Source of the DNA: Haliotis rubra
Lineage: Eukaryota
Assembly (NCBI RefSeq): GCF_003918875.1
Contig: NW_025765324.1
Location: 152,041-199,535 of the forward strand
DNA: 47,495 bases
Direction: 5' to 3'
Part shown: one piece after another, positions 1-10,197 of the stretch
Numbering within the stretch: position 1 is the first letter of the stretch
How the letters are laid out: every line of letters begins with the position of its first letter
Position numbers and translations under genes: made by a program
Notes under the pieces: model-generated
The model's input: only the letters and a program-made list of their open reading frames with translations
Told to the model about the DNA's origin: nothing
The model's database searches: none

Positions 1-1519
1 CTGACCTGGATCTCATATTTGGTGGTCATCTGGGAATCAAACCTGGGCCTTAGCCATAACAGAACAACATTGCAAGTAACAGACTACATAGCCTCTGAAT
101 ATTGAAGAACTCATAAAATGTTCACTATTTATTGTGAACCTTTGGTGACTATTTACTCAAGTGTTGAACATCTTTTGCTATTTTGTAATTTGTTTGTGTG
201 TTCAAGGATCCATGTCAGATATGTTCTGCCCCACACTGAAGCATGTGTAACTGAAGCATGTGAGTTGCCCTACCTGCACATTTATTTGAATGTTGTCCAG
301 TTTTTGTCTCGGTAACATAAGATCTCTAACTTAAGAATATGCTTCTGTGACTTTTGTGTTTCACAATACTATTAGTTCACAGGATCTGGGACATGTGCAC
401 TGTGCAAGCACTGCATGTCACAAGTAATTGAAGCGATTCCATCTATTCTTATTTGTCTTGACAAAGTTCTTAACCCATATCGCTTGCAGATTTACACAAA
501 TGCTAAATGACCATGAATTATTATTCTCTAAAGCTGTTGATTACCAATTTCTGCCCTGTGGAAGTTCTGTTTGATAATGTGGTCATACATATCACTGAGC
601 GTGATTTTGCCAGCTACAAAACTACATTTGCACAATTTGGTGCACACTCACTTCAACAACGGTTGGGTTATCAAGGCAATTTACATTTAACAACATTCTG
701 CTGTTCTGATTAAACAGTGTGCGTAAATTATCATGCATAACATGATGGAGTGTTAACAAATTATTTGGCCCCGATATATTTTTAGCCTGAGGTTCCTTGG
801 GCCTGCCAGCCAAAAGTATGTATAATAATAGTATCCTGGACAACCAAGTTATGAGTACCCAACAGTGAGTATTTCCAAAGGCCTCACGATACGCCGTGGC
901 TTTCTTTACTATCAGATTTGCAAGCTCTGATGCATAAGTTCCAGGTATATATTTTGGATGCAGGCAACACATTTTACATAGAAGCACTCGATTGTACTTT
1001 TAGAACTAGCAATTTCAAGATATAGACATTCTTTATCTCATGCTTCTACGTTTGGTTTGCTTAATCAAGATGTTTGTCAGTGTGAGGAGTCTGTTAAATG
1101 CATGCCACTGTGTTTGTCATCAAAAAGTTCCAGCTGTGCCACTTAAAGGGGATCTATATACATTTTGCAGAACTTGGCTATATGCCCTCTGCCAGTTTCC
1201 TAAATCATGGAACGCTAGTTCTCCACAAGTACACTCGCTTAACCTTGATTCGTGGAGATAAGGAAAGTGCGGCGATATTCATATTTTAAAAATGCATGAT
1301 TTCATTTTGTATACGCACTGATTATTTTATTCATTGATTCAGCAAATTTAAAATGCCTAATATTCCACTCGTGAATGAAATGTTTGTTTACGGAAGCCAT
1401 TTGCAATCATCAACCATTCGTGTGCCCACAAAATGTGACGTCACCTTGTTTCGTGGATTACGTAGTCGGTTACTTTATACCAATATGTACCACATAACAC
1501 TGCAGTAAGACACCAAGGA

Positions 1520-1685
1520 CTGACTGACTGAGTTTGGTTTTACACCGCTTTTAGCAATATTCCAGCAACATCACGGCAGGGGACACCAGAAATGGGCTTT
1601 ACCCACTGTGCCTATGTGGGGATTTGAACCCGGGGTCTTCGGCGTGACGAGCCAACGCTTTAACCATTAGGCTACCCCACCACCC
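1520..1685 (-). mobile_element. tRNA-derived SINE copy (family 1), full length, flanked by a 12-bp TSD AGACACCAAGGA (1508-1519 / 1686-1697)
   Basis: Reverse complement reads a tRNA-like head (A-box TAGCCTAATGGTTAA, B-box GGGTTCAAATCCCC), then the conserved body ...GTGATGTTGCTGGAATATTGCTAAAAGCGGTGTAAAACCAAACTCAGTCAGTCAGTC with an (AGTC)n tail. The same about 165-bp unit recurs at 26492, 44309, 3541, 21235 and 8338. A direct repeat of flanking sequence lies on both sides. Confidence 0.8.
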
Positions 1686-2904
1686 AGACACCAAGGAAAG
1701 CAGACAACGAGAAGTGCGAAGGTTGGAGCTATCGGTATCTTGTTTACCTGACATTTTGTAAAAATAAAATTTGGTAATGGTGGCTTTAGTGATCTGGGGC
1801 TATTTATCTCAATGCTGGACAATTATAATGCCGTCTGGTCATTCCGTGCACCTAAGCACATCGATCGCAACACGACAACTAACGTCTCTATTTTTTGTGG
1901 TTTACGTGACTAAACATGCTGGTATGCATCATATTTACCTAGAAATATAAGTTTTATTGACGACTATAAGATTCTAACGTTGCATTATGCCATATGGTTG
2001 ACCTAACCGGCATTCTGACGACATCGCTTGCTGTCCGGTAAATCGGCACAGCAACTGCTGCGCATAACATCCGGCCGGAGATCCGAAGTATTGAAGCGTA
2101 TTAGTGTTTCATATTAAATCCAATTATGAATAATGAAGAAAAACGTTTAACAGTCTGAAGAAAACGAATTTTCATAAAACTGTCAATTTATCTGTCAGTT
2201 ACTGTTATTTACTTACCTTTAGTGATTAAAAGCCACTATTTCAAGCATATATGTGGTACCAGATGTTTACCTCGATACGGAAGTGGGCTATTGCAGCAGC
2301 GCAGATTTACCGGACGCGCGGAATTACTGGACTTGCTTGTATATTCAGTGTACTCGCATGTAATGCAGAGATTCGGAACTTTTTTGTCAACGAGGCATGG
2401 CATTGTATGTACATCAAAAGTACAACTTTGTGACGTCAGTCGAGACTTAATTTACGAGCTAGCATGATAATTTCCGCGATCCACGAATCAAGGTTATCCA
2501 CGAATTTAGGTTATGGTTCTGTAATGTTATCAAGTAAACATACCAAAGGCTGGTCAAAGCTGTGTGCAGGAAATAATCTGGTGTAGAAACATTTGCAGAT
2601 GATCGAGATGACCAAGGAGAAGATACTTTTACTTTTAAGAATATTGAAATTGCATGGCATGATACTTATATTGGAAATGATACATGTCTATATGTATCTG
2701 GATAGTTTCCAAGATGACCAACGCTGTACAAGCAGCACAGATGCTATATAATATTGTTTGTGTACACAAAGAGGTGTCATCTAAAGTAAGATGACAGGTG
2801 AAAATACTTAAGCCAGCGTTGCAGCTCAATAACAAGGGGCAAGTTTGTAACAAACATCATATTTTAGATTTTCAGCACTGAGACTGAAGCGATTTCTGTT
2901 TCAC

Positions 2905-3061
2905 CTTTCTTTGCCGTCTTGTACAAACGCTTCGTCAGTTTTCGTGAAGCCAGAGGAGCCGCTATCGGACATAGGAAGCGGATCTTTTCATCCCAGGAAT
3001 CTTCCCTCTCTTCTTCTTCGCCCCCCTCCGACTTACGCTTTTCTTTCTTCTCCTTGCCCAT
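2905..3061 (-). CDS. NHP2: First coding exon of an NHP2-like H/ACA snoRNP protein (L7Ae family). The rest of the gene lies downstream on the minus strand and was not resolved.
   Basis: The ORF 2864..3061 reads MGKEKKEKRKSEGGEEEEREDSWDEKIRFLCPIAAPLASRKLTKRLYKTAKKG. The segment PIAAPLASRKLTKRLYKTAKK matches the conserved NHP2 N-terminus (human NPIAQPLASRRLTRKLYKCIKKA). The reading frame then runs into AAAG|GTGAAA, a plausible splice donor. Confidence 0.5.
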
Positions 3062-3135
3062 GTTATGTTATCTGGTAAGACGCCAAAGAGTGTTTGTTTT
3101 CGAACCACGTGTTTTCAACCGGAAGTAGACCTGCA
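3062..3135 (-). promoter_or_regulatory. Putative housekeeping-type promoter or 5'UTR of the NHP2-like gene, with an E-box CACGTG and an ETS/GABP-like CCGGAAGT
   Basis: It lies immediately upstream of the ATG at 3061 on the minus strand. The motifs cacgtg (about 3097) and ccggaagt (about 3116) are read directly. No TATA box is evident. Confidence 0.25.
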
Positions 3136-3540
3136 TACAAAGCAGTAAATACAAGCCTCGCAGAAATAATATACAACAAATTCAAAATTGTCTTCTTTTA
3201 CCAATGTATGTCTTCGTATAAATAACATGCCATTTGTAGCATAACTGCAGGACATTAAAATAACATATTAAACTATTCTAACATGGCGTTTCACTCGCCC
3301 AAACTCACCACTGGGGTTCACTAAAACAAGAATCTATCTCGACGAATTCGGATTCTAACTAGATTTTGTTTATTTCGTAATTTTTTAATGTTAATTTGTT
3401 AAAAAAAACACAAAACAAATAAATACCAGATATAATACAACAAACTGAAAAACATAATTTTAATGTTTTATCTTTAAAACTCAAATTGTCTATGGCTCAG
3501 CGCTGGTCTAAGCAAACACGGAGGTGAAGCGCCACAAAGA

Positions 3541-3662
3541 AGTGAGTGAGTATGGTTTTACGCCGCTTTCAGCAACATCATCTAGCAATATCACGGCGGG
3601 GGACACCAGAAATGGGCTTCACACATTGTACCCATGTGGGCAATCGAACACCGGAAAGGAGC
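3541..3662 (-). mobile_element. 5'-truncated copy of the family-1 SINE
   Basis: The stretch AGTGAGTGAGT...GGTTTTACGCCGCTTTCAGCAACATCATCTAGCAATATCACGGCGGGGGACACCAGAAATGGGCTTCACACATTGTACCCATGTGGGCAATCGAACACCGG aligns to the body and B-box of the SINE consensus in minus orientation. Confidence 0.7.
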
Positions 3663-3885
3663 CCCAGTGAGTTGGAATATATGGAACCAGAACCTGAGAG
3701 AGGAGAGGGGTTTAATAAGTTGAAAGAACTTGTCCCCGATCCTTTCCACATTGTGTATAAAATATGTTTAAACTAAACCAGAACCTAAGGAAATCTATAC
3801 TTGATTCATTAAGGGCTTTACCATTGCAGAAAGGGCTAGGCAGCAGGGAAATACTGCGGTTCAATGATTGTGAGACAGACTAGTG

Positions 3886-5340
3886 GTGGTCCGATTAATT
3901 GAAATAATCGAAGATTGGTCGCAGTGACTAAACGACCAAGCAATCGAACATGTTTTCTCATAATCGAACACGACCAATCTTTGAACACTTGTTTGCATTA
4001 ACAATATTTTTCACAAGGCTGGTTTTGTCTGTGTCATTAAATTTACAGTTCATAAGCACTACATGTACAAGCTCGTTCCAAGTCATGATTGAATTTATCT
4101 TAAAGAATCCAGGAAATATGTGTTCCTAACCTACTAATCATCATTTAAATATGCAAAATTTGCAAATGGACTTTATGCAATTTGAAAAAACAAACAAATT
4201 ACTACATGTTTTTTTCTTTATTTTTGTGTGTATTAACACAAATAACAGGAACATTTGATAACTGACGCTAACCAATTATTTTCGATGATTGATCGGTTGT
4301 AATGGATCAATCATCAATTATTAGATTTTAACCAATTCCCAACACTAAGACAGACTACCCACCGTTATTAAAATATATCGTATATGATCTGGGTGACCAC
4401 ACGCTATATCGCGGTGGGCTTTATCAGCCAGTAGAATGCATCAGTTATGGGTTAACGCACCGGGGTAATCCACATGTGGGTGAATCTGTCAGTGGGTGAT
4501 CACAACAGGCTAATCGGCTAATAGGTGATCACAACAAGCTACCTCACTAAATGGGTGATCACAGCATGCCACATTACCTAGTGGGTGATCACAACAAGCT
4601 ACCTCACTCGGTGGGTGATCACAACGTGACATATCACCTAATGGGTGATCACAACATTCTACATCACCCAGTGGGTGATCACAACATTCTACATCACCTA
4701 GTGGGTGATCACAACATTCTACATCACCCAGTGGGTGATCACAACATTCTACATCACCCAGTGGGTGATCACAACATTCTACATCACCCAGTGGGTGATC
4801 ACAACATTCTACATCACCCAGTGGGTGATCACAACATTCTACATCACCCAGTGGGTGATCACAACATTCTACATCACCCAGTGGGTGATCACATCATTCT
4901 ACATCACCCAGTGGGTGATCACAACATTCTACATCACCCAGTGGGTGATCACATCATGCCAATCAGCTAATAGGTGGTAGTGGTGATCCGATTAATTGAA
5001 ATACTAGTAATCGAAGATTGGTCACAACGACTAGACGGCCAAGCAATCCATCACATTTTCTCATAATCGAACACAAATGATTTTGAAACTACTGTTTTAG
5101 TGTTTGAAACACTTGACAATGGAACATATCTTAGATGTTGTCAGGGCTAGAAAACGTGTTCAATTCTTAGAAAACTCACATCACTTACTGAAAAGTCATG
5201 ACTGAATATTTCTTGAGGACTCTGGGAACAGAAAAATCTGAAAAATGACGCTAACCAATTCTTTTCGATGATTGCTCGTTGGTAAAGGACCAATCATCAA
5301 TTGTGAGATTTCAACAAATTCCTAACACAGCAATATTATA
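3886..5340. repeat. Higher-order tandem duplication. Block A (3886-4000) recurs at 4978-5095 and block B (4262-4350) recurs at 5247-5335. They flank an internal minisatellite.
   Basis: GGTGGTCCGATTAATTGAAATAATCGAAGATTGGTCGCAGTGACTAAACGACCAAGCAATCGAACATGTTTTCTCATAATCGAACAC recurs at 4978 with about 85% identity. TGACGCTAACCAATT(a/c)TTTTCGATGATTG(a/c)TCG...CAATCATCAATT... recurs at 5247. Confidence 0.8.
4481..4975. repeat. Minisatellite of about 16.5 copies of a 30-bp unit, GTGGGTGATCACAACATTCTACATCACCCA
   Basis: A near-perfect tandem array is visible directly. The unit contains the perfect palindrome GTGATCAC and the inverted pair CACCCA/TGGGTG. Terminal units are degenerate (GTGGGTGATCACAACAAGCTACCTCACT...). 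The ORF-track proteins 4551..4970 and 4705..4980 are translation artefacts of this repeat. Confidence 0.95.
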
Positions 5341-5451
5341 GGTGGTCACAGCATTCTACTCACTACACTTTCTTCTTACCGAGTCACTTTCTCAGTTCGA
5401 TACTTAAAAGCAACGTCATTATTTAGCATTGTCAGAATGTCTGTGATATAG

Positions 5452-5700
5452 ATGTGCCTCTGTCACAGACAAAACTCCATGTCTGTTTTATTGACACCTA
5501 TGTGTCTGCCTGCCTGTCTGCTAATGACAATATGCAATACACAACTTCGATCACTGACCACATGCAATTTGAACTTAACACCTATCAGGCTATACACCAT
5601 AAACAAAACGCATTGATTTATGGCTCGTGCACCCGAGTTCCGTCTCTGTCACATTATGTAATTACACAGACAGGCAGGTGTGATTCTTGTACACATGACA
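5452..5700. repeat. Inverted-repeat structure resembling a miniature inverted-repeat element (MITE). CTCTGTCACAGACA...TGTCTGCCTGCCTGTCTG on the left pairs with CGTCTCTGTCACA...CACAGACAGGCAGGTG on the right.
   Basis: The reverse-complementary arms are read directly, for example TGTCTGCCTGCCTGTCTG (5499-5516) against CAGACAGGCAGGTG (5670-5683). The region has no coding potential. Confidence 0.4.
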
Positions 5701-6559
5701 TGTTATGATGTCTGTTGATTGCAAAATATTATACACAAAACATGAGCATGTATATACAAAACCCAATATCTCTATAAACACAGAAAGAGCCCTGAGTGTA
5801 TCGGCAAAGGAACCAGCCAATAAAAGCCTTCGTCTGGGTTCGGTATCCCGGGTGCTTCGTTTCGAGGGAAGTAAACCCAAGTACAAAATATTGCACTTTT
5901 GATTTGCGATTTTACGCTTATAATTTTGTTTATTTGATTTTTCATTATCAGCAATGTATATTATATGTCATGAATAAGTGATAATTGTGTTTAAATTATG
6001 TGGTTTTTTTTTGGTTGCACATGACCTTTAACACGACCTTGAACACCTGATTTTCCAGCTGGCCCCTCAACATTGTCAGACAAAGTAGCAGGGTTTTAAA
6101 AAGTGGGGCTTCCATTTGTTTCATTTATAACGCGTCGAGGTGGGTAAGGGGGTGTGGGGGGAGGTTCAGTGTAGACCACTCAAAGGTTTATCCCACAAGA
6201 TTCACAAACACGATATGTAAATCATCAATAGCCCGGGTAAACACTGTCACGACCAGTTATTATACAAGTTTACGCATTGGTCGGAATATTACATCTTGCG
6301 TATCATATTCCCAACGAACTTATTTTGAGTAATTCAATAACTGAAAAGGAATTTACACACAATTCCTTATACTTTCCACTTATAGACTAACTGTGAGCCT
6401 TACTTACAAATTGACGTCTGTGGTGGGCGAGCGAAACTGTTGAATTCCAACGAATCGTCAAGGTCAACCACCATTTCACTTTGAATTTTTGTTATAATAT
6501 GTTTTCATTTTCAAAACTGATGATTACGTTTCCATGTCATAAATTCCATACGTTTACAT

Positions 6560-6688
6560 TGCAATATATACTGAAATTGTTATGATCACATATTTCCGGT
6601 GCGTCTGCGACGTAAAAGTGAATCTGATTTCACTTCACAGTTCGTTCTTTGCACTAACCCATGCGCGCAGATGATCGATCAAGGCAGG
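6560..6688 (+). promoter_or_regulatory. Putative CpG-island promoter and 5'UTR of PUF60
   Basis: A local CpG cluster (ccggtgcgtctgcgacgtaaaag...gcgcgcagatgatcgatc) lies in an otherwise CpG-poor region, directly upstream of the first coding exon. Confidence 0.3.
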
Positions 6689-6754
6689 ATGGCCGTTCCT
6701 GCTCCAGGAGTTGATATGTTGGCGGAGCCAGTTAATGGCGACGTTGCCGATAAG
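6689..6754 (+). CDS. PUF60: PUF60 exon 1, coding part (MAVPAPGVDMLAEPVNGDVADK). The donor is AAG|GTATTG.
   Basis: The ATG at 6689 has a strong Kozak context (A at -3, G at +4). The encoded peptide carries the VNG motif found in the human PUF60 N-terminus (MATATIALQVNGQQ). The frame is phase 0 into exon 2. The exon sits in the window's main CpG-rich patch (6560-6760). An in-frame ATG also exists at 6671. Confidence 0.55.
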
Positions 6755-7387
6755 GTATTGTAACATTGATATTAAGATGTTCAAGGATCAAAATATTCTA
6801 ATATCAAGTGCTTTAATCGAATGTTTTTTCTTAAATGGTATCATTTTGCCGGCGTGGTTTTTCAAAATTCACGGCAGCCATTTTGGTTTGTCTGCGCACA
6901 TGCTTCGCTCATTGTACGTCGCGTCCACTCGGAGGGCACTGTTGGGCGTATTTTTAAACATTGTCAGAAAACCTTGAATAAAACCTGTCGCCAGTTCTCT
7001 GTTGCGGTTGTACGTTATTTGAGCACGTATTGCCGCTGCAATTATCGCATCACGTTTCAGTCAATACAAAACTCATAAGTAGGTCTATATTGCAAGTTTG
7101 AACATGCGCAGTTTCGACTACATCAATGTTTTTGCTTCTGGTCTCCCACGAGTACAAGTTTCTCTTCCCAGCAACCTGGTTTAACGTGGTTTACAACTTT
7201 CCTTTTGTGTCCAACCTTTTTAGGCGCTTTTGACATTGTAAAAGTGGACAAGAAAATACTGTCAGGTTATTTGTGGAAGATGCCCAAATCACCCTATTTA
7301 TTCCCAATAACGTCGTCACTTAATCGGTGAAATACAAGCCGCCTTCACGAAGCTATCACTTCAGTTTAAACTACACATATAGGTTAA

Positions 7388-7677
7388 TATGAAAGGGCTA
7401 GAACCAGTGTAGGAAAGATAGCCCGTCCCAACGTCCGAGACGGGTGAATTTTGTGGAGGATGGGTTAAAAAAAATATCTAGTCCGTCCTCATGTCGGGTC
7501 AATTTTAGCAAACCAATGACATATATATAATGATTATAACCTTTTTGAATATTTACTGCCGAAGGTGTTTATATTTGGAGGACAGGCTAGATTTTGGCAG
7601 GACTGGTAAAAAAATTGACCTGCCAGTCCTGTGGACAGGCTAGATTTTCTACATCTTTCCTACACTGCTAGAACGCA
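7388..7677. mobile_element. MITE-like element with about 25-bp terminal inverted repeats (CTAGAACCAGTGTAGGAAAGATAG ... CTACATCTTTCCTACACTGCTAGAAC) and internal sub-repeats
   Basis: The reverse complement of the left terminus matches the right terminus. Internally, the motifs GTCC...GGACAGGCTAGATTTT and TGGTAAAAAAATTGACC recur. Confidence 0.5.
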
Positions 7678-7702
7678 CTTTACCGGGCGCAGCCCTCGCT
7701 GC

Positions 7703-7805
7703 TCCCTTTATGATCTTTAGGGTTAGGGTATGCCACCCTTTACGATCCTTAGGTTTAGGGTTAGGCACCCTTTACGATCCTTAGGGTTAGGTTTAGGGAA
7801 CCCCA
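7703..7805. repeat. About three copies of a roughly 36-bp tandem unit (CCCTTTACGATCCTTAGGGTTAGGGTTAGG) containing telomere-like TTAGGG dimers. This is an interstitial telomeric sequence.
   Basis: Read directly: ...tctttagggttagggtatgccaccctttacgatccttaggtttagggttaggcaccctttacgatccttagggttaggtttaggg. A further TTAGGGTTAGGGTTA occurs at 8566-8580. Confidence 0.8.
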
Positions 7806-8337
7806 GCAGCACTAATTAATCTGAAAAAGTGCGCCCGGTAAAGTGCAGTACTCCCTATGAAAGAGTTTTTAGCTTTATTTGCAACATGCAATTCGAAACT
7901 TGGGGTCAAATGTTGACATCTGAGCAATTTCAAATAGATTCACTCCACTAAAAGGCTTCAAACTCAATCCCAACACTTGCATGCAGTGATATGCTTTCTC
8001 AAGTTGAACTTGAGAATATAATTGTGAACATATTATTTAAGGGTACTGAACGTATCCTGATTGATAACACACTACAGATGAACATATTTTGTCTATTGAT
8101 ATTTGTGTCTTAGACAAATTGATAGTAAGAAACAAGGTAAGGGCCAAATATTGGGGTTTTATTCTTGACACTCAAGCAAATGTGCATCACCTGAGTGGCA
8201 TTCAGCTAAGTGTTAATTAGGCCCAAGTTGCTGAAGTGACTGTTGTTTGATGTAGCAGTTAGTCAGTGGCTTTTATTTAGAGATAGATCACCATTTTGTT
8301 GCTACCACATATACCATCCTAGTCACTTGGGAAATGG

Positions 8338-8432
8338 GGCAGTAGGGTAACCTAGTTAAGCATCCGCTTGTCACAATGAAGATTTGATTCCCTACATGGG
8401 TACAATGTTTGAAGCCCACTCCTGGTGTCTTT
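8338..8432 (+). mobile_element. Divergent partial copy of the family-1 SINE, covering the head and body start
   Basis: GGTAACCTAGTTAAGCATCCGCTTGTCACAATGAAGATTTGATTCCCTACATGGGTACAATGTTTGAAGCCCACTCCTGGTGTC aligns to GGTAGCCTAATGGTTAAAGCGTTGGCTCGTCACGCCGAAGACCCCGGGTTCAAATCCCCACATAGGCACAGTGGGTAAAGCCCATTTCTGGTGTC. Confidence 0.5.
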
Positions 8433-9039
8433 CTTTCCTCCTCCTTCCCCCCGTTCCCCCATCCCAAGTAATATTTATAAATATACTAAAATTATTAACA
8501 AACTCAACAATTAACACAACAATTATTAGAGAACTCACAAAATGACTAAAAGTCCAAAATTTAAGTTAGGGTTAGGGTTATTTTAGAGTTAGCAGAGCTC
8601 CAGATAAGATTTAGCGCATGTGGGTACTGTACCCACTATATTCTTTTGGAGTGGGTATTTCTTTTTCTGTTGCCCACTGCTTTCAAATATGTGCGTATTA
8701 GTCATTTTACTCACCTAAGTATATGCCATTGAGTAAGTTTACTAAGCAGGTATGTTCTGCCTTATGTCATACCTACGTATATTACCGTCTTTAAGCCGAA
8801 TTTTGAGGACCAAAAAAGCAGTCTGTAGAAGGGGGTCGTCTTATCCATGGGTTACGTTTTTGTCAAACTTTTTTCCAGGGGTAAGAAAACAACATCGTAT
8901 CACTTCACATGAATAAACAACAGAATACGACTTTGTCAGGAGAGACGTCAAATTTGCAATTAAACATCACTAGACAAGATTATTTACCTTTTAAGTTCTA
9001 AGTTGTTTTTGCTGGGCATTGTATTATTTGCAGGGATTT

Positions 9040-9420
9040 ACCGTGTGTATCTGATCCGGAAATAGCAATCAGCTGTGCACGTTTCCCGGCGATCAAGTTC
9101 AAACATGTACAATAATATAACGGGACGAATTCTGACACAGTTGTCAGTAAAATATAATACAGAGTACTATTATTTAACCCAAAGAAATATAGCCTAGCAT
9201 TGTGTAATTTTAATTACAGTTTTTGCTCTATAAATTAATTAAGATTAAGATTACCATGTGTATTTGAGCCGGTAATAGCAATCAGCAGCGAACAAGTTCA
9301 AGCATGCACAATAATATAACGGGACGAATTCTGACAGTCGTCAGTAAAATATAATACAGAGTACTATTATTTAACCCAAAGAAATATAGCCTAGCATTGT
9401 GTAATTTTAATTACAATTTT
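9040..9420. repeat. Two tandem copies of a roughly 200-bp unit (9040-9220 and 9254-9416)
   Basis: TACC(g/a)TGTGTAT(c/t)TGA(t/g)CCGG(a/t)AATAGCAATCAGC...CAATAATATAACGGGACGAATTCTGACA...GTCAGTAAAATATAATACAGAGTACTATTATTTAACCCAAAGAAATATAGCCTAGCATTGTGTAATTTTAATTACA is repeated almost exactly. Confidence 0.85.
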
Positions 9421-10130
9421 TATGTAAAATATATATAATCAACACTAAGGTTATACGGACCCTCATGAACGTGGTAAGCAGAAGTTGTACGCACATGGAA
9501 TGGGGTAAAATACGGAAGCCATTTATATTCACACATTTTTACCGATGTTACTGTAAACGAGCAGTCAATGGAAAACGAGGCGGTAATCAAAACCAACTTA
9601 AATATAATGGAAATGATTTCATAAAAAATCAGTCATCCTATACTGACAGTACAACACTTTTCCTATACTGACAGTACAACTTGATAGCAATGGATGTCTT
9701 TTTCATTACGCAAGCGATTTTTATGAATATGTTCCGTACGCATTTGTTTTAAACTTTCTGCGTATCTAACATTTTAAATGCGTAATTGGTACGCAACAAT
9801 TATTTTTCAATGCGTAATTCTATGCGTATTTTACCCGGATACGCAGCTTATCTGGGCCTCTGGAGTTAGGGTTTGGGGGAACGGAAGGAACTCTTTCCGA
9901 ATTGCAAATGATACCATAACCCTGCTGGTAGCAGACTGTTTAATAACTTTGTGTTAGTTGATTGGACTTTTTTTGCGTCCCTGTGGATGCACTAATAAAT
10001 TTTGTTGCGTCCTTTGTCAATTTTTATGCGTATAGGACACTGGAATTCGAGTCCTGTAAATCCCTGCCCATGACTTTTGCATCTTTTAAAGGTTAAAAAA
10101 TACCTGACCAACTTATTGACTTTTTTGCAG

Positions 10131-10197
10131 GCTCCCATATCGGCAATGGGAGGTTCAGACGATGAACCAGCTTTGAAGAAGATGAAGGTTGAAAGAG
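10131..10197 (+). CDS. PUF60: PUF60 exon 2 (APISAMGGSDDEPALKKMKVER, ending in phase 1)
   Basis: The acceptor is TTTTTTGCAG|GCT and the donor is AGAG|GTATAC. The frame is continuous with exons 1 and 3. Confidence 0.6.

Noticed and set aside
622-987. The 121-aa minus-strand ORF (…KYIPGTYASELANLIVKKATAYREAFG…) as the C-terminal exon of the NHP2-like gene
   Set aside because: Similarity to the NHP2 C-terminus (…YVYIPSKTDLGAAAGSKRPTCVIMV…) is too weak to support this. The ORF also has a long hydrophobic, low-complexity tail typical of a chance ORF in AT-rich DNA.
1520-1690. tRNA genes at the tRNA-like sequences (1520-1690, 8338-8432, 20052-20130, 26492-26570, 43521-43600 and 44309-44385)
   Set aside because: No complete cloverleaf or acceptor stem can be drawn. 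The A- and B-box region continues directly into a conserved roughly 90-bp body with an (AGTC)n tail, and recurs with TSDs. This is SINE behaviour, not that of tRNA genes.
4481-4975. Regular 30-bp direct repeats that could superficially suggest a CRISPR array. The ORF-track proteins 4551..4970 and 4705..4980 have HHPVGDHNIL / ITQWVITTFY repeats.
   Set aside because: The units abut with no unique spacers and the context is eukaryotic. The repeat proteins are translation artefacts of a minisatellite.
5790-5885. Possible tRNA-like or snRNA-like sequence (…GGTTCGGTATCCCGGGTGCTTCGTTTCGAGGG…)
   Set aside because: It is only a short B-box-like match, with no conserved snRNA motifs or cloverleaf. This is insufficient.
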